From NCBI GenBank assembly GCA_041288045.1, contig JBGGMM010000025.1:1-24302 (forward strand): a stretch of 24,302 nucleotides of DNA, read 5' to 3'. This document shows positions 15,100 through 23,831 of this stretch, piece after piece; position 1 is the first letter of the stretch; the number at the start of each line of letters is the position of its first letter. A model generated the notes under the pieces. The model ran no database searches. It worked only from the letters and a program-made list of their open reading frames with translations, and was not told the origin of the DNA. This DNA comes from Pseudobdellovibrionaceae bacterium (lineage in GTDB: Bacteria; Bdellovibrionota; Bdellovibrionia; Bdellovibrionales; Bdellovibrionaceae). The translations under genes and the position numbers were made by a program.

Positions 15100-16148
15100 T
15101 TGAAATCGCCATTTATTTTTTGAAACTGGGATGCATTGGCTTTGGAGGACCCCTGGCTCTGATCGCTTTGATGCAAAAGGAACTGATCCAAGAAAGAAAG
15201 TGGATGAGTGAGGATGAGTTTCGAAGAACTTTCAGCTTGATCAAGGCCATGCCGGGACCGGTTGCCTTTCAAATGGCGGTCTTTCTGGGATATCAAAAAC
15301 GAAAATTTTGGGGCGGTTTGATCGCTGGCCTGTGCTTGATCCTTCCAGCTTTTTTGTTGATGATTTTGCTTGGTCATTTCTATCAAAATTTTGTCGAAAT
15401 CCCTTGGCTCCAGAAAATGATGAATGGAATGCAGTTAGGGGCTTTTGCTTTGATCATTTGGGCCTTCAAATCCTTAGTGCAGGGATTTCAGAAGAAAATC
15501 TTTTTTTGGGTTCTTTTCATCAGTGGTGTGGCTTTGTCTGTTTCGACCTCGATCCCTGAGCCTTTGCTGATTTTGCTTTTTGCCCTGATCGCCGTTGCTG
15601 CTGACAAAGTTCCCGCAGGTCGAAAGCTGAACAGCCTGGATCCTCTGATTTTGACTTTGGCCAGCGTTTGCCTCAAAGCAGGAGCTTTTGTTTTCGGAAC
15701 TGGCCTGGCGATTGTCCCTTTTCTTGAAGCTGATTTTGTGACTCGGCTTGGTTGGATTTCGCATCAGCAGTTCATGGATGCACTGGCTTTCGGTCAACTG
15801 ACTCCGGGTCCGGTGACGATCACAGTTACTTTCATCGGGTATAAAATTGCCGGGCTGATGGGAGCCCTTGTGGCAACAGTCAGTGTGTTTTTACCGGCAT
15901 TTTTCCATATGGTGACTTGGTTTCCTCGCATGGTGGCTTGGTTGCACCGACAAACTTGGATTGGCGCATTTTCGCTGGGAGCAACCGCGGCTGTGTGCAG
16001 TGCCATTGCCATAGCTCTTCTGCATTTAGGCAAGGGCTGGGGAGCTCCTCAATATGCAATGATTGCGGTCTTGCTCTTGCTTCTGCATTTTTGGAAATTC
16101 CCGGCCTGGGGATTGATTCTGCTGGGCGGCCTTTTAGGATTTGTCTGA
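15096..16148 (+). CDS. chrA: Chromate ion transporter (CHR family, two-domain form)
   Basis: Duplicated CHR motifs GFGGPLA...MPGPVA and VFGTGLA...QLTPGPV, plus LPAF motifs. ATGA overlap with the upstream gene. Confidence 0.9.
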   Translation: MIEIAIYFLKLGCIGFGGPLALIALMQKELIQERKWMSEDEFRRTFSLIKAMPGPVAFQMAVFLGYQKRKFWGGLIAGLCLILPAFLLMILLGHFYQNFVEIPWLQKMMNGMQLGAFALIIWAFKSLVQGFQKKIFFWVLFISGVALSVSTSIPEPLLILLFALIAVAADKVPAGRKLNSLDPLILTLASVCLKAGAFVFGTGLAIVPFLEADFVTRLGWISHQQFMDALAFGQLTPGPVTITVTFIGYKIAGLMGALVATVSVFLPAFFHMVTWFPRMVAWLHRQTWIGAFSLGATAAVCSAIAIALLHLGKGWGAPQYAMIAVLLLLLHFWKFPAWGLILLGGLLGFV

Positions 16149-16186
16149 ATTCGGACCCGGTGTTAAAAGAAAATTCTGGAGATTCA

Positions 16187-17380
16187 ATGGCGCTCACTCG
16201 GTCTGAGAAATGGTTGCTCTTCGTCCTCGCCCTCATCCAATTCGGTCACATTGTGGATTTCATGATCATGATGCCTTTAGGCCCTCAGCTCATGCGGATT
16301 TTTCAAATCAGTCCACAGCAATTCGGGGTTCTGGTTTCAGCTTACACTTTCGCAGCTGGAACCAGCGGGATTCTTTCCGCTCTTTTTATGGATCGCTATG
16401 ATCGGAAAAATTCATTGATGTTCTTTTTTGTCGGCTTTTGCTTTGGAACTTTCGCTTGTGCCTTTTCTAGTAATTATCATTTTCTTCTGGCGGCGAGACT
16501 TTTCACTGGTGCCTTTGGTGGCGTTTTGGGCTCTTTGATTTTTGCGATTGTTGGTGATGTGATCGTACCGCAAAAGCGGGGCATGGCCATGGGGATTGTG
16601 ATGTCCGCTTTTTCTGCGGCCTCAATCCTCGGAGTCCCCTTCAGTTTGTATTTGGCCAATCACTTCAATTGGCACGCGCCTTTCGTTTTCCTTGGCGGAT
16701 TAGGAGTCTGCCTTCTGTTCATCATTTTTCGTTTTGTTCCGCCAGTTCGAGCTCATTTGGATCATCAATCTGGAAAAAATCCCTTTCGCACTATTTTTGA
16801 ACTTCTCAAAGATCCTTCACCTCAAATGGCTCTTTTATTCATTATGATGCTCACCCTCGGACAATTTTCGATCATTCCATTTCTCAGCCCCTCGCTTGTC
16901 GCCAATGCCGGGTTGCCAGAGCTGCAATTGCCATTGATTTATTTGGTTGGAGGCAGCTGTTCCCTTCTGGCTTCTCCGACAGTGGGGCGACTGACGGATA
17001 AATATGGAAAGATTAAAATTTTTTGGGCTTCAGCGCTTTTGTCGATTCTGCCGATTTTGATCATTACCAATCTGAGTTCCACTCCGATTCCACTGATTCT
17101 TGCCGTGGTTGGAGTCTTTTTTGTCTTTTCATCCGGAAGAATGATTCCGGCCATGGCGATGGTCACAAGCTCAGTGACTTTGGTTCGACGTGGCAGTTTT
17201 ATGAGTTTGGTTTCAAGCTCCCAGCAATTTGCTGCGGCGGCGGGCTCTTTGATCGCTGGCCAAATTGTGACTCGCGGTTCAAGCGGTGAGCTTTTGAACT
17301 ATCCCCTGGTTGGAGTCTTTGCAGTTGTGACCAGTCTCGTCGGATTGTTCCTAGCGACTCGATTGAAAATGGTCGAATGA
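16187..17380 (+). CDS. MFS transporter (DHA1-like)
   Basis: ATG 16187 after GGAG, about 12 TM segments, MFS motif A variants (MDRYDRK, GRLTDKYGK), ARLFTG. Confidence 0.9.
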   Translation: MALTRSEKWLLFVLALIQFGHIVDFMIMMPLGPQLMRIFQISPQQFGVLVSAYTFAAGTSGILSALFMDRYDRKNSLMFFFVGFCFGTFACAFSSNYHFLLAARLFTGAFGGVLGSLIFAIVGDVIVPQKRGMAMGIVMSAFSAASILGVPFSLYLANHFNWHAPFVFLGGLGVCLLFIIFRFVPPVRAHLDHQSGKNPFRTIFELLKDPSPQMALLFIMMLTLGQFSIIPFLSPSLVANAGLPELQLPLIYLVGGSCSLLASPTVGRLTDKYGKIKIFWASALLSILPILIITNLSSTPIPLILAVVGVFFVFSSGRMIPAMAMVTSSVTLVRRGSFMSLVSSSQQFAAAAGSLIAGQIVTRGSSGELLNYPLVGVFAVVTSLVGLFLATRLKMVE

Positions 17381-17384
17381 CTTT

Positions 17385-18086
17385 TTAACCTCGGCCGACG
17401 AACAATTCGCGATAAAGGTCCATGACCACGGCGATGATTCGATTTTTCAAAGGCTCCGTCAGTCCGACAAATTGAATTCCACAGGTTTGAGGTCCACGAC
17501 CATGATTTTCCATACGGACATGGCGAACAGATCCAGAAATAGCGATAGGATCGCGATCCGGCATAAACAGATGACCTTTGAGATGATCCTGCACTTTCAA
17601 AGGCAGAAACTTGGGATCAACCTGGATGCGGCAACCTCCGCCAGAAAGATCCATGATCGGGATCGAATGCTTTTTGGTTTGGCTGTTGATCGAGACCAGT
17701 TCTAAAAGAGCTTTGTAATTCGCAGGAATGCGGATTCGATAATCTTCGCGTCTTTGCAAATGAAACAGGGGATTGGTGGTGATCAATGTGACCTGATCCC
17801 CTGCGAGCTGATATTCAGACTGCATAAAGTATTTTTCACCACCGACAAAAAAAGTGGTGGTCAATAGGCCTGAGCCAGGCAAATTTGGAGCCGAGCTGAT
17901 CAGCTTGCAGTTCAAACGTTCATTTGCGTAATGGTAAGGCATTAAAACAAAGACATCAGCGGCTGGTTCCGGCTTTTTGGCCTGCATTTCACTGCGGCTG
18001 CCAGCCAAATCTGAAAAAAGACGAGTCTTCTCTGAGGCATCGCTAATGCGAGTGAATATATCGGCACTGGGTAATGAATAACTCAT
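17385..18086 (-). CDS. YcgR-like PilZ-domain c-di-GMP receptor
   Basis: Canonical QRREDYR (RxxxR) and DLSGGG (DxSxxG) motifs, CGIQF, and an N-terminal beta domain of ~110 aa. Confidence 0.88.
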   Translation of the reverse strand: MSYSLPSADIFTRISDASEKTRLFSDLAGSRSEMQAKKPEPAADVFVLMPYHYANERLNCKLISSAPNLPGSGLLTTTFFVGGEKYFMQSEYQLAGDQVTLITTNPLFHLQRREDYRIRIPANYKALLELVSINSQTKKHSIPIMDLSGGGCRIQVDPKFLPLKVQDHLKGHLFMPDRDPIAISGSVRHVRMENHGRGPQTCGIQFVGLTEPLKNRIIAVVMDLYRELFVGRG

Positions 18087-18095
18087 CTTCGTTTT

Positions 18096-18123
18096 ATTTT
18101 AAGCGGGTCCAGCCGATTGTAAA
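18096..18123 (-). promoter_or_regulatory. Sigma70-like internal promoter for the PilZ gene
   Basis: TTTACA-N16-TAAAAT with an AT-rich tract upstream. The ATG follows 9 nt after the -10 and there is no SD. Confidence 0.4.
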
Positions 18124-18137
18124 TAAATAAATTCAAA

Positions 18138-18902
18138 TCACTTTCGAAAGCTGGCTGTCACGGCGGCACCAACCAAGACCATGTACCAAGTCAGAAGCAC
18201 CCAAATCAGCAGAGTCGGAGCCGCGGCAAAGCTTCCATAGAGTTTGCCCCATGAAAAAAAGCTTTGGCTGAGCCACTTGAAAGAGCGAAAAAGAGCGATC
18301 AGGCCAAGAGTTCCGGTGAAAGCCCCAACGGCCGCAGCACCAATGCTGACTTTGGTGTTGGGAACAACTTTGTAAACAAAATAAAGAGTGAAGAACAAAA
18401 GAAAGTCATTGATCACTTGATTGCTGAGTGACGAAGTCGCGCCACTAAACACTTTCATTGAACTGACAGCAACATAGATGGCCAAGGCGGCAGGAAAGAT
18501 AACCATGAAAATCCAGTACAGGAAAATCCGCTTATGAACTGGCCTTCGGTCGGTCAAATTCCAGATCCGATTCAGGCCTCGTTCCATATCGTTGATCATA
18601 AAAATAGAAGCGAGCACCAAAGCCACGGCTCCCCAAGACCCCATTCGACCCGCATGGATGCGACGAAAAACTTTTTTGACGATTTGCACGCCTTCGGTGC
18701 CAGTGGGACCTTGAAAGTATTGAAGAACCAGTTTCTCGACTTTGGGATAGATGGTTTCAAGACCGCCAACATATTGAAGGGTTGCCAGAGAGACAGCCAT
18801 AAAAGGGATGAGAGAGAGAAGAGTTGAAAAGGACAAGGCTCCAGCCACCAGCTGCAGTTCGCCTGTCTTCACTAACTCCCAAAATCTTTTCAACGGTTTC
18901 AT
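18138..18902 (-). CDS. YihY/virulence factor BrkB family membrane protein
   Basis: AGALSFSTLLSLIP, LNRIW, YKVVPNTKV, LYGSFAAAP and LVGA motifs, multiple TMs. Confidence 0.92.
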   Translation of the reverse strand: MKPLKRFWELVKTGELQLVAGALSFSTLLSLIPFMAVSLATLQYVGGLETIYPKVEKLVLQYFQGPTGTEGVQIVKKVFRRIHAGRMGSWGAVALVLASIFMINDMERGLNRIWNLTDRRPVHKRIFLYWIFMVIFPAALAIYVAVSSMKVFSGATSSLSNQVINDFLLFFTLYFVYKVVPNTKVSIGAAAVGAFTGTLGLIALFRSFKWLSQSFFSWGKLYGSFAAAPTLLIWVLLTWYMVLVGAAVTASFRK

Positions 18903-19654
18903 AAATTGTCGTTCGTTCGCTTCAATCTTCTGGACAGAGTTGCAACTAGAGCCCGTGACCAGGCGGGCTTCGAAAACAAGATCGTATCTAAAGTTCCCAT
19001 GGGGATTTCAATCAATTCACAATCTGTCAGTGCGGTGACGGTCGCTGAACGAGGCTCGCTGTTGATGTGAGCCATTTCGCCGACGAATTCTCCCGAAGTG
19101 ATGCTGCCAAGAATCTTTTTATTGTCGCCATCGCCTTTGTAAGCGTGCAGATCACCGCGTTTAACGATAAAAACAGACTCGGCCTGGTCCCCTTCATGAA
19201 ACAGAGTTTCAAGTGGCGAAAGAAATCTCAATCGATATGAAAAGTCTTTGTCATTCGTCAAACGATTGAGGGCCTTGGTCAAGCATCGTGAAACAACATT
19301 CTCGTCCTTGGCATCGGTGAGGAACTGCACTTGGCATGTGACGACTTGATCAACGAAGTTCTCTTTGTCCGGAAGAGGAGCAACAATAACGATCGAAGTA
19401 TCACCCAGTCGGCTGTGATAAAGAACTTGCTGAATCAATTCGATCGTCGTCAGCTTGGGGAGATTCCAATCCACGATCAAAACATGCGGCGGAGTATTTT
19501 CCATTTTAAAAAGAGCTTCCAGTCCATCCAGCGCCGTGTAAATCGAAGCATTTGAGATGTGCCGATTCACTGCCGATGAAAGAAACTCTGCCATTTCTGG
19601 TGATCCAGAAGCGACAACGAAAAGTCGCTTCTCTTCGGTGCTAAGCTTTGCCAT
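18899..19654 (-). CDS. Receiver-like domain fused to a cyclic-nucleotide-binding domain (no HTH)
   Basis: ALDGLEAL...LIVDWNLP receiver-like part and cNMP motif GEFVGEMAHINSEPRSATV. ATG 19654 avoids a long overlap with uup; ATGA overlap with the YihY gene. Confidence 0.85.
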   Translation of the reverse strand: MAKLSTEEKRLFVVASGSPEMAEFLSSAVNRHISNASIYTALDGLEALFKMENTPPHVLIVDWNLPKLTTIELIQQVLYHSRLGDTSIVIVAPLPDKENFVDQVVTCQVQFLTDAKDENVVSRCLTKALNRLTNDKDFSYRLRFLSPLETLFHEGDQAESVFIVKRGDLHAYKGDGDNKKILGSITSGEFVGEMAHINSEPRSATVTALTDCELIEIPMGTLDTILFSKPAWSRALVATLSRRLKRTNDNL

Positions 19655-19691
19655 AGATTTCAGTGTTTCACACAAAAAACAGAGAGGGAAA

Positions 19692-21476
19692 TTATTTTCG
19701 ATTTTCCAATTCAGCCCAACGACTGTAGAGAGCTTCGATTTGTTTTTGCGTGCTGTGGATTTTTTCAAAGAGGTCCTGGACCTTCGACGCATTGGCGACA
19801 ATTTCAGGACTTTGAGCATCGCTTTCCATTTTCGCAAGACTTTGCTCAAGCTCTAAAATTTTACTTTCCATATTTTCCAATTCGAATTTTTCTTTGAAGG
19901 AAAGCTTTTTAGATTTTTCCTTTAGATTCGCTTCAGAATTTTTGGCAGCAAGAGCATTGGCTTGGTCTCTGGATGTTTGTTCAGTTTGCCAAGCTTCCCA
20001 CTGCAAGTAGTCAGCAAATTTCTGAATCTGCCCACCACCATGGGGAAAAGCCAAAATTTCAGTGGCCACCTGATCCATAAAATAACGATCATGGGTCACT
20101 AAGATCACAGCTCCAGGAAAATCCTTCAAAGCCTCTTCCAGAATATTCAAAGTGTCCAAATCCAAATCATTGGTTGGCTCATCCAACACCAGCACGGAAG
20201 CAGGCTCGAGCATCAGCTGAGCGATTCGCAGTCGGCTTTGCTCACCGCCAGAAAGTTTCTCAACTGGAAGGTCCAGCTGCCGAGCCGAAAAAAGAAAGCG
20301 CTCAAGATAGCTTCTCGCATGCACAAACTTTCCCTGAAAGTTGACGTAATCGCCTTCAGGGCAAATATTTTTCATCAGCGACAATTTAGGATTGAGAGTT
20401 TCCCGGTTTTGCTCGAAGTAAGAAATTTTGATTCCGTCAGCCACTTCGACGCTGCCAGAATCTGGTTCTTCCTTTTTTAAAAGCACTCGGATCAATGTGG
20501 ATTTTCCAGCACCATTTCGGCCCAGCAGTCCGATTCGGCTTTTGGGAGTAACCAGAGTGGAAAAATTCTCAAACAGATCCCATTTTGAAATCTGTTTGGC
20601 TTCAATCAGTTTTTTTGGATTTCTCTCGCTTTCGCCGAATCCGATTTGCACTTGCCGTTTGAGGTTTTTACCAGAGAGCTCCTGCACTTCATCTTTCAGG
20701 TCATGAGCTCGCTCGATCCTTGCTTTTTGCTTGGTCAGTCGGGCTTTGGCTCCTCGGCGCAGCCATTCGGTTTCGCGGCGAAGAGTGTTTTTCATTGTCC
20801 ACTCTTTTCGCTCTTGGCCTTTGATCAAAAGTTCCTTGGCCTCCAAATACTTCACGTAATCACCGTTGATGGTGAGAAGGTAATTGGGGTTTTTAGGATC
20901 CAAATCAAAAATTTTGTTGGCCACTCTCTGCAAGAAAAGCCGATCGTGGGTGATGGTCACAAAAGCCATGGGACTGGATTCAATAAATTCCTCAAGCCAA
21001 AGAATGCTTTCGATATCCAGATGATTGGTGGGCTCATCCAAGAGCAAAAGCTCAGGAGAAAGAATCAATTCCCTTCCTAAGGCCACTCGCTTTTTCCAAC
21101 CACCCGAAAGTTCAGCGACAGGCTGATCCGGTGAAAATTGATCCAATCCCAATTTTGAAATCCACATATAGGCATCCGAAGTGGCCTCATGCGGATCAAG
21201 AGCTTTGGAAAGCAGAGCTTCTAGGAGGCTTTCCCCAGGTTTAAATTCGGGGGTTTGCGGCAAATACCCCAGATTCAAGCCTCGCCGGTAGGTGACTTCG
21301 CCCTGATCCGGGATGAGGCTGCGGCTTAAAATCTTCATCAAAGTCGATTTTCCAGCCCCGTTTGGACCGACTAAGCCGATTCGATCGCCCTCAAAGACGC
21401 CCAGGCTGACCTGGCGAAAGAGGTCCCTTCCGGCAAAAGAATGACTCAATTGATGGGCACTGATGAGCTGTGACAT
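19692..21476 (-). CDS. uup: ABC-F family ATPase (Uup-like)
   Basis: Two ABC cassettes (GPNGAGKS/LSGG/LDEPTNHLD and GRNGAGKS/LSGGE/LDEPTNDLD), no TM, linker EWLRRGAKAR, Uup-type C-terminal coiled coil KLSFKE. Confidence 0.88.
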   Translation of the reverse strand: MSQLISAHQLSHSFAGRDLFRQVSLGVFEGDRIGLVGPNGAGKSTLMKILSRSLIPDQGEVTYRRGLNLGYLPQTPEFKPGESLLEALLSKALDPHEATSDAYMWISKLGLDQFSPDQPVAELSGGWKKRVALGRELILSPELLLLDEPTNHLDIESILWLEEFIESSPMAFVTITHDRLFLQRVANKIFDLDPKNPNYLLTINGDYVKYLEAKELLIKGQERKEWTMKNTLRRETEWLRRGAKARLTKQKARIERAHDLKDEVQELSGKNLKRQVQIGFGESERNPKKLIEAKQISKWDLFENFSTLVTPKSRIGLLGRNGAGKSTLIRVLLKKEEPDSGSVEVADGIKISYFEQNRETLNPKLSLMKNICPEGDYVNFQGKFVHARSYLERFLFSARQLDLPVEKLSGGEQSRLRIAQLMLEPASVLVLDEPTNDLDLDTLNILEEALKDFPGAVILVTHDRYFMDQVATEILAFPHGGGQIQKFADYLQWEAWQTEQTSRDQANALAAKNSEANLKEKSKKLSFKEKFELENMESKILELEQSLAKMESDAQSPEIVANASKVQDLFEKIHSTQKQIEALYSRWAELENRK

Positions 21477-21587
21477 GGAACTCCTAGGAAAGCTTGTTCT
21501 TTTTACTCAACTTAAGGGTCGGTTGGACATTGGAAAGCTCATGTGGCACGGTGCGGCCTACCTGTTATGTCACTTGAAGGAGATCCC

Positions 21588-23375
21588 ATGGTTGTCGATT
21601 CTATTTTCTCTCAGTGGGGTCTTTCCGAAGAAACCCTCCAATCTATTTCTGATTTGGGTTTTGAAAATCCAACCCCAGTGCAGACCGCGGTTATCCCGCA
21701 TTTGCTTGAGAATGATTCCGATCTTTTGGCTTTGGCCAAAACTGGAACTGGCAAAACCGCCGCATTTGGAATCCCTTTGGTTGAAAAGTTGGTGGAAGTT
21801 CCTGAGCTTCAAGCTTTGGTCCTTTGCCCGACTCGCGAATTGGCAACCCAAGTGGCGCAAAGCCTTTCCTCTTTCGGTCAACGCAAAGGAATCAAAGTCG
21901 CCACTGTTCTTGGGGGCGAATCCTATCGCAAACAAATCGATGCTCTTCGCCGAAATCCACAGATTTTGGTGAGCACTCCCGGTCGACTGATCGATTTGAT
22001 GGATCAAAAAATCGTCAAGCTCGACACTGTGAAATATTTGATCCTCGATGAAGCGGATGAAATGCTTTCTTTCGGTTTTCAAGAAGCTCTTGAAACTGTT
22101 TGGAAGAATCTGCAATCACAAAGCGTGAACACTTGGCTCTTTTCAGCAACGATGAGTGAGTCGATCAAGCGCCTGACCTCGAAGTATTTAAATAAACCCT
22201 ACGAAGTCACTCTCAATACCAGCGCAGAACCTATTCGGGTTCAAAGTTTTGCAGCTGTTGTCTATGAAGAGGACAAAGTCGACGCACTTTGCCTGCTTTT
22301 AAAAAATACTCCTGAATTTTACGGAATCATTTTCGCTCAGACAAAAAAGCAAGTGGGTGAATTGGAAATCACTTTGCGAGCCATGGGACTGTCCGTGGAC
22401 AGTTTGCACGGAGACAAAGTTCAAGCTGATCGCACTCGAGTGATCGGACGAGTCAAGCGCCGTGAAGTGCAGGTGCTAGTGGCCACAGATGTTGCGGCTC
22501 GTGGCTTGGATATCGAAGACCTCACCCACGTCGTGAATTTTGAAATCCCTTGGGATGTGGAAACTTTCACTCACCGGATCGGTCGAACAGCGCGAGCTGG
22601 AAAGACGGGGATCGTGTGGACTTTGGTTCGTCCCAAAGAAGCCCATCAATTGCGAAAATTTGAGCGAGCTTTGAAATTTCAATTTGAAGCCCTGCAAATC
22701 CCATCGGTGATGGAAGTGCGAAAAAACCAAGTGCGAAACTGGCTCAAATCTGTCGCTGCCGTTGAATTGACAGCGAAAGATCGTGAATTCTACTCTGGAA
22801 TCGCTTTGGATCTGCAAGTCAGCGAAGAGCTGGCTGTTTCTCCGGAAGAGCTCGAATTGATTTTCAAAGCTCTCAAGCACACTCAAGTCGGAGCCAATTT
22901 CGAAGGTCGTCAGCCTCGCAGTTTCGAATTGCGTCCTCGTGATGATTCTCGCGGCCGAAGAGCCCATGGCGGAGACTCTCGTGATTATGATGGCGGCGGC
23001 GCCCGAAGCACGGGCGTTCGCGATCGCAGCCGGGGAGCCGGTAGCGGCCCTCGCTCTCGCAGCGGTGGAGGCGGCGGTTATTCGCGAAGTGATGACCGTC
23101 CCGCAAGACGTAGCAGCAGCAGTGGCGGCGGATATCGTCGTGACGAAGGATCTTCCTCTCCCTCACCTCGCTCTTATGATCGCAGTGAAGGACGACCCCC
23201 ACGACGAGAAGGCGGCGGCAGCGGCCGGTATGCAGCGAGCTCCAGTGGTCCCAGCCGAAGTAGCAGCAGCGGTGAATCCCGAAGCGAAGGTCGACGTCCA
23301 TTCCGAGGCGATGATCGAAAGAGCCTCCGCGACCGACATCCTCGTAAAAGTTCCTCACACTCTCGCCCTGAGTAG
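21588..23375 (+). CDS. DEAD-box RNA helicase with R/G/S-rich disordered C-terminus
   Basis: ATG 21588 after AAGGAG. Q motif GFENPTPVQ, TGTGKT, PTRELA, TPGR, DEAD, SAT, ARGLD and HRIGRTAR motifs. Confidence 0.95.
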   Translation: MVVDSIFSQWGLSEETLQSISDLGFENPTPVQTAVIPHLLENDSDLLALAKTGTGKTAAFGIPLVEKLVEVPELQALVLCPTRELATQVAQSLSSFGQRKGIKVATVLGGESYRKQIDALRRNPQILVSTPGRLIDLMDQKIVKLDTVKYLILDEADEMLSFGFQEALETVWKNLQSQSVNTWLFSATMSESIKRLTSKYLNKPYEVTLNTSAEPIRVQSFAAVVYEEDKVDALCLLLKNTPEFYGIIFAQTKKQVGELEITLRAMGLSVDSLHGDKVQADRTRVIGRVKRREVQVLVATDVAARGLDIEDLTHVVNFEIPWDVETFTHRIGRTARAGKTGIVWTLVRPKEAHQLRKFERALKFQFEALQIPSVMEVRKNQVRNWLKSVAAVELTAKDREFYSGIALDLQVSEELAVSPEELELIFKALKHTQVGANFEGRQPRSFELRPRDDSRGRRAHGGDSRDYDGGGARSTGVRDRSRGAGSGPRSRSGGGGGYSRSDDRPARRSSSSGGGYRRDEGSSSPSPRSYDRSEGRPPRREGGGSGRYAASSSGPSRSSSSGESRSEGRRPFRGDDRKSLRDRHPRKSSSHSRPE

Positions 23376-23433
23376 TTTCAGACACTCCTTGTTGGCAAAT
23401 GATTTAAAGACAGGCATTCATCCACGATGTTTG

Positions 23434-23456
23434 CCGTTGGTATAGCGTGCCGACGG
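23434..23456 (+). repeat. Hairpin downstream of the helicase gene
   Basis: CCGTTGGTAT-AGC-GTGCCGACGG forms a 10-bp stem with three G-U pairs on the + strand. No U-tract. Confidence 0.4.
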
Positions 23457-23462
23457 TCAACA

Positions 23463-23786
23463 TCATGGATGGGGTGTCTCGAGCACGGCGGTGACGAGGG
23501 TAAGCGTCGATTTGTCCGTCCATGCGATGGCTCCCAGACGACCATCCGCCGACATGGCATCGTCCAGCTTCGCCTCCGCGGCTCCGGGTCGTCTGGCAAG
23601 GTATTTGGGAGAATTATCGCAGTTACAAAAAATGTTGAAAAAAGATTTGACGTCGTTTTTTTCTTTCTCATTTTGGATTTGCGAGTAGATTTTTGTGATT
23701 TTGGAATTTCTGAAAAATTCTTTGTGATCGCTCTGGGGCGAAGGTCCTATGGCTTTTACGATTTCATTTTCTAGGCACTCTCTCAC
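23463..23786 (-). pseudogene. Chimeric-looking ORF or gene remnants of unknown family
   Basis: 107-aa ORF with a GTG start and no clear SD. There is an abrupt GC step at ~23601 (about 64% GC for 23461-23600 versus about 35% for 23601-23760, hand count). Confidence 0.35.
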
Positions 23787-23831
23787 TGCTTGAAAATGCT
23801 CTGAAAAAACTCATGTTACAACACTTGCACT

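Noticed and set aside
15917..16186. Long N-terminal extensions in the ORF track (MFS here; likewise rsmA from 12144, the cNMP protein from 19849, pal from 9672 and the lipoprotein from 14260)
   Set aside because: They overlap neighbouring genes or promoters. Downstream starts with SD sequences or coupling overlaps fit the family lengths better.
21544..21559. Sigma54 promoter TGGCACG upstream of the helicase
   Set aside because: The -24 box is perfect, but the -12 position reads GGCCT rather than TTGC.
22873..23445. Alternative-frame ORFs (170 aa minus, 168 aa plus) over the helicase tail
   Set aside because: The GC-rich low-complexity tail lacks stop codons in other frames, and the main helicase frame is continuous, so no frameshift is needed.
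23814..23829. Sigma54-like site TGTTACAACACTTGCA before the transposase
   Set aside because: The -12 TTGCA is good, but the -24 GGC core reads GTT, which is too weak to call.
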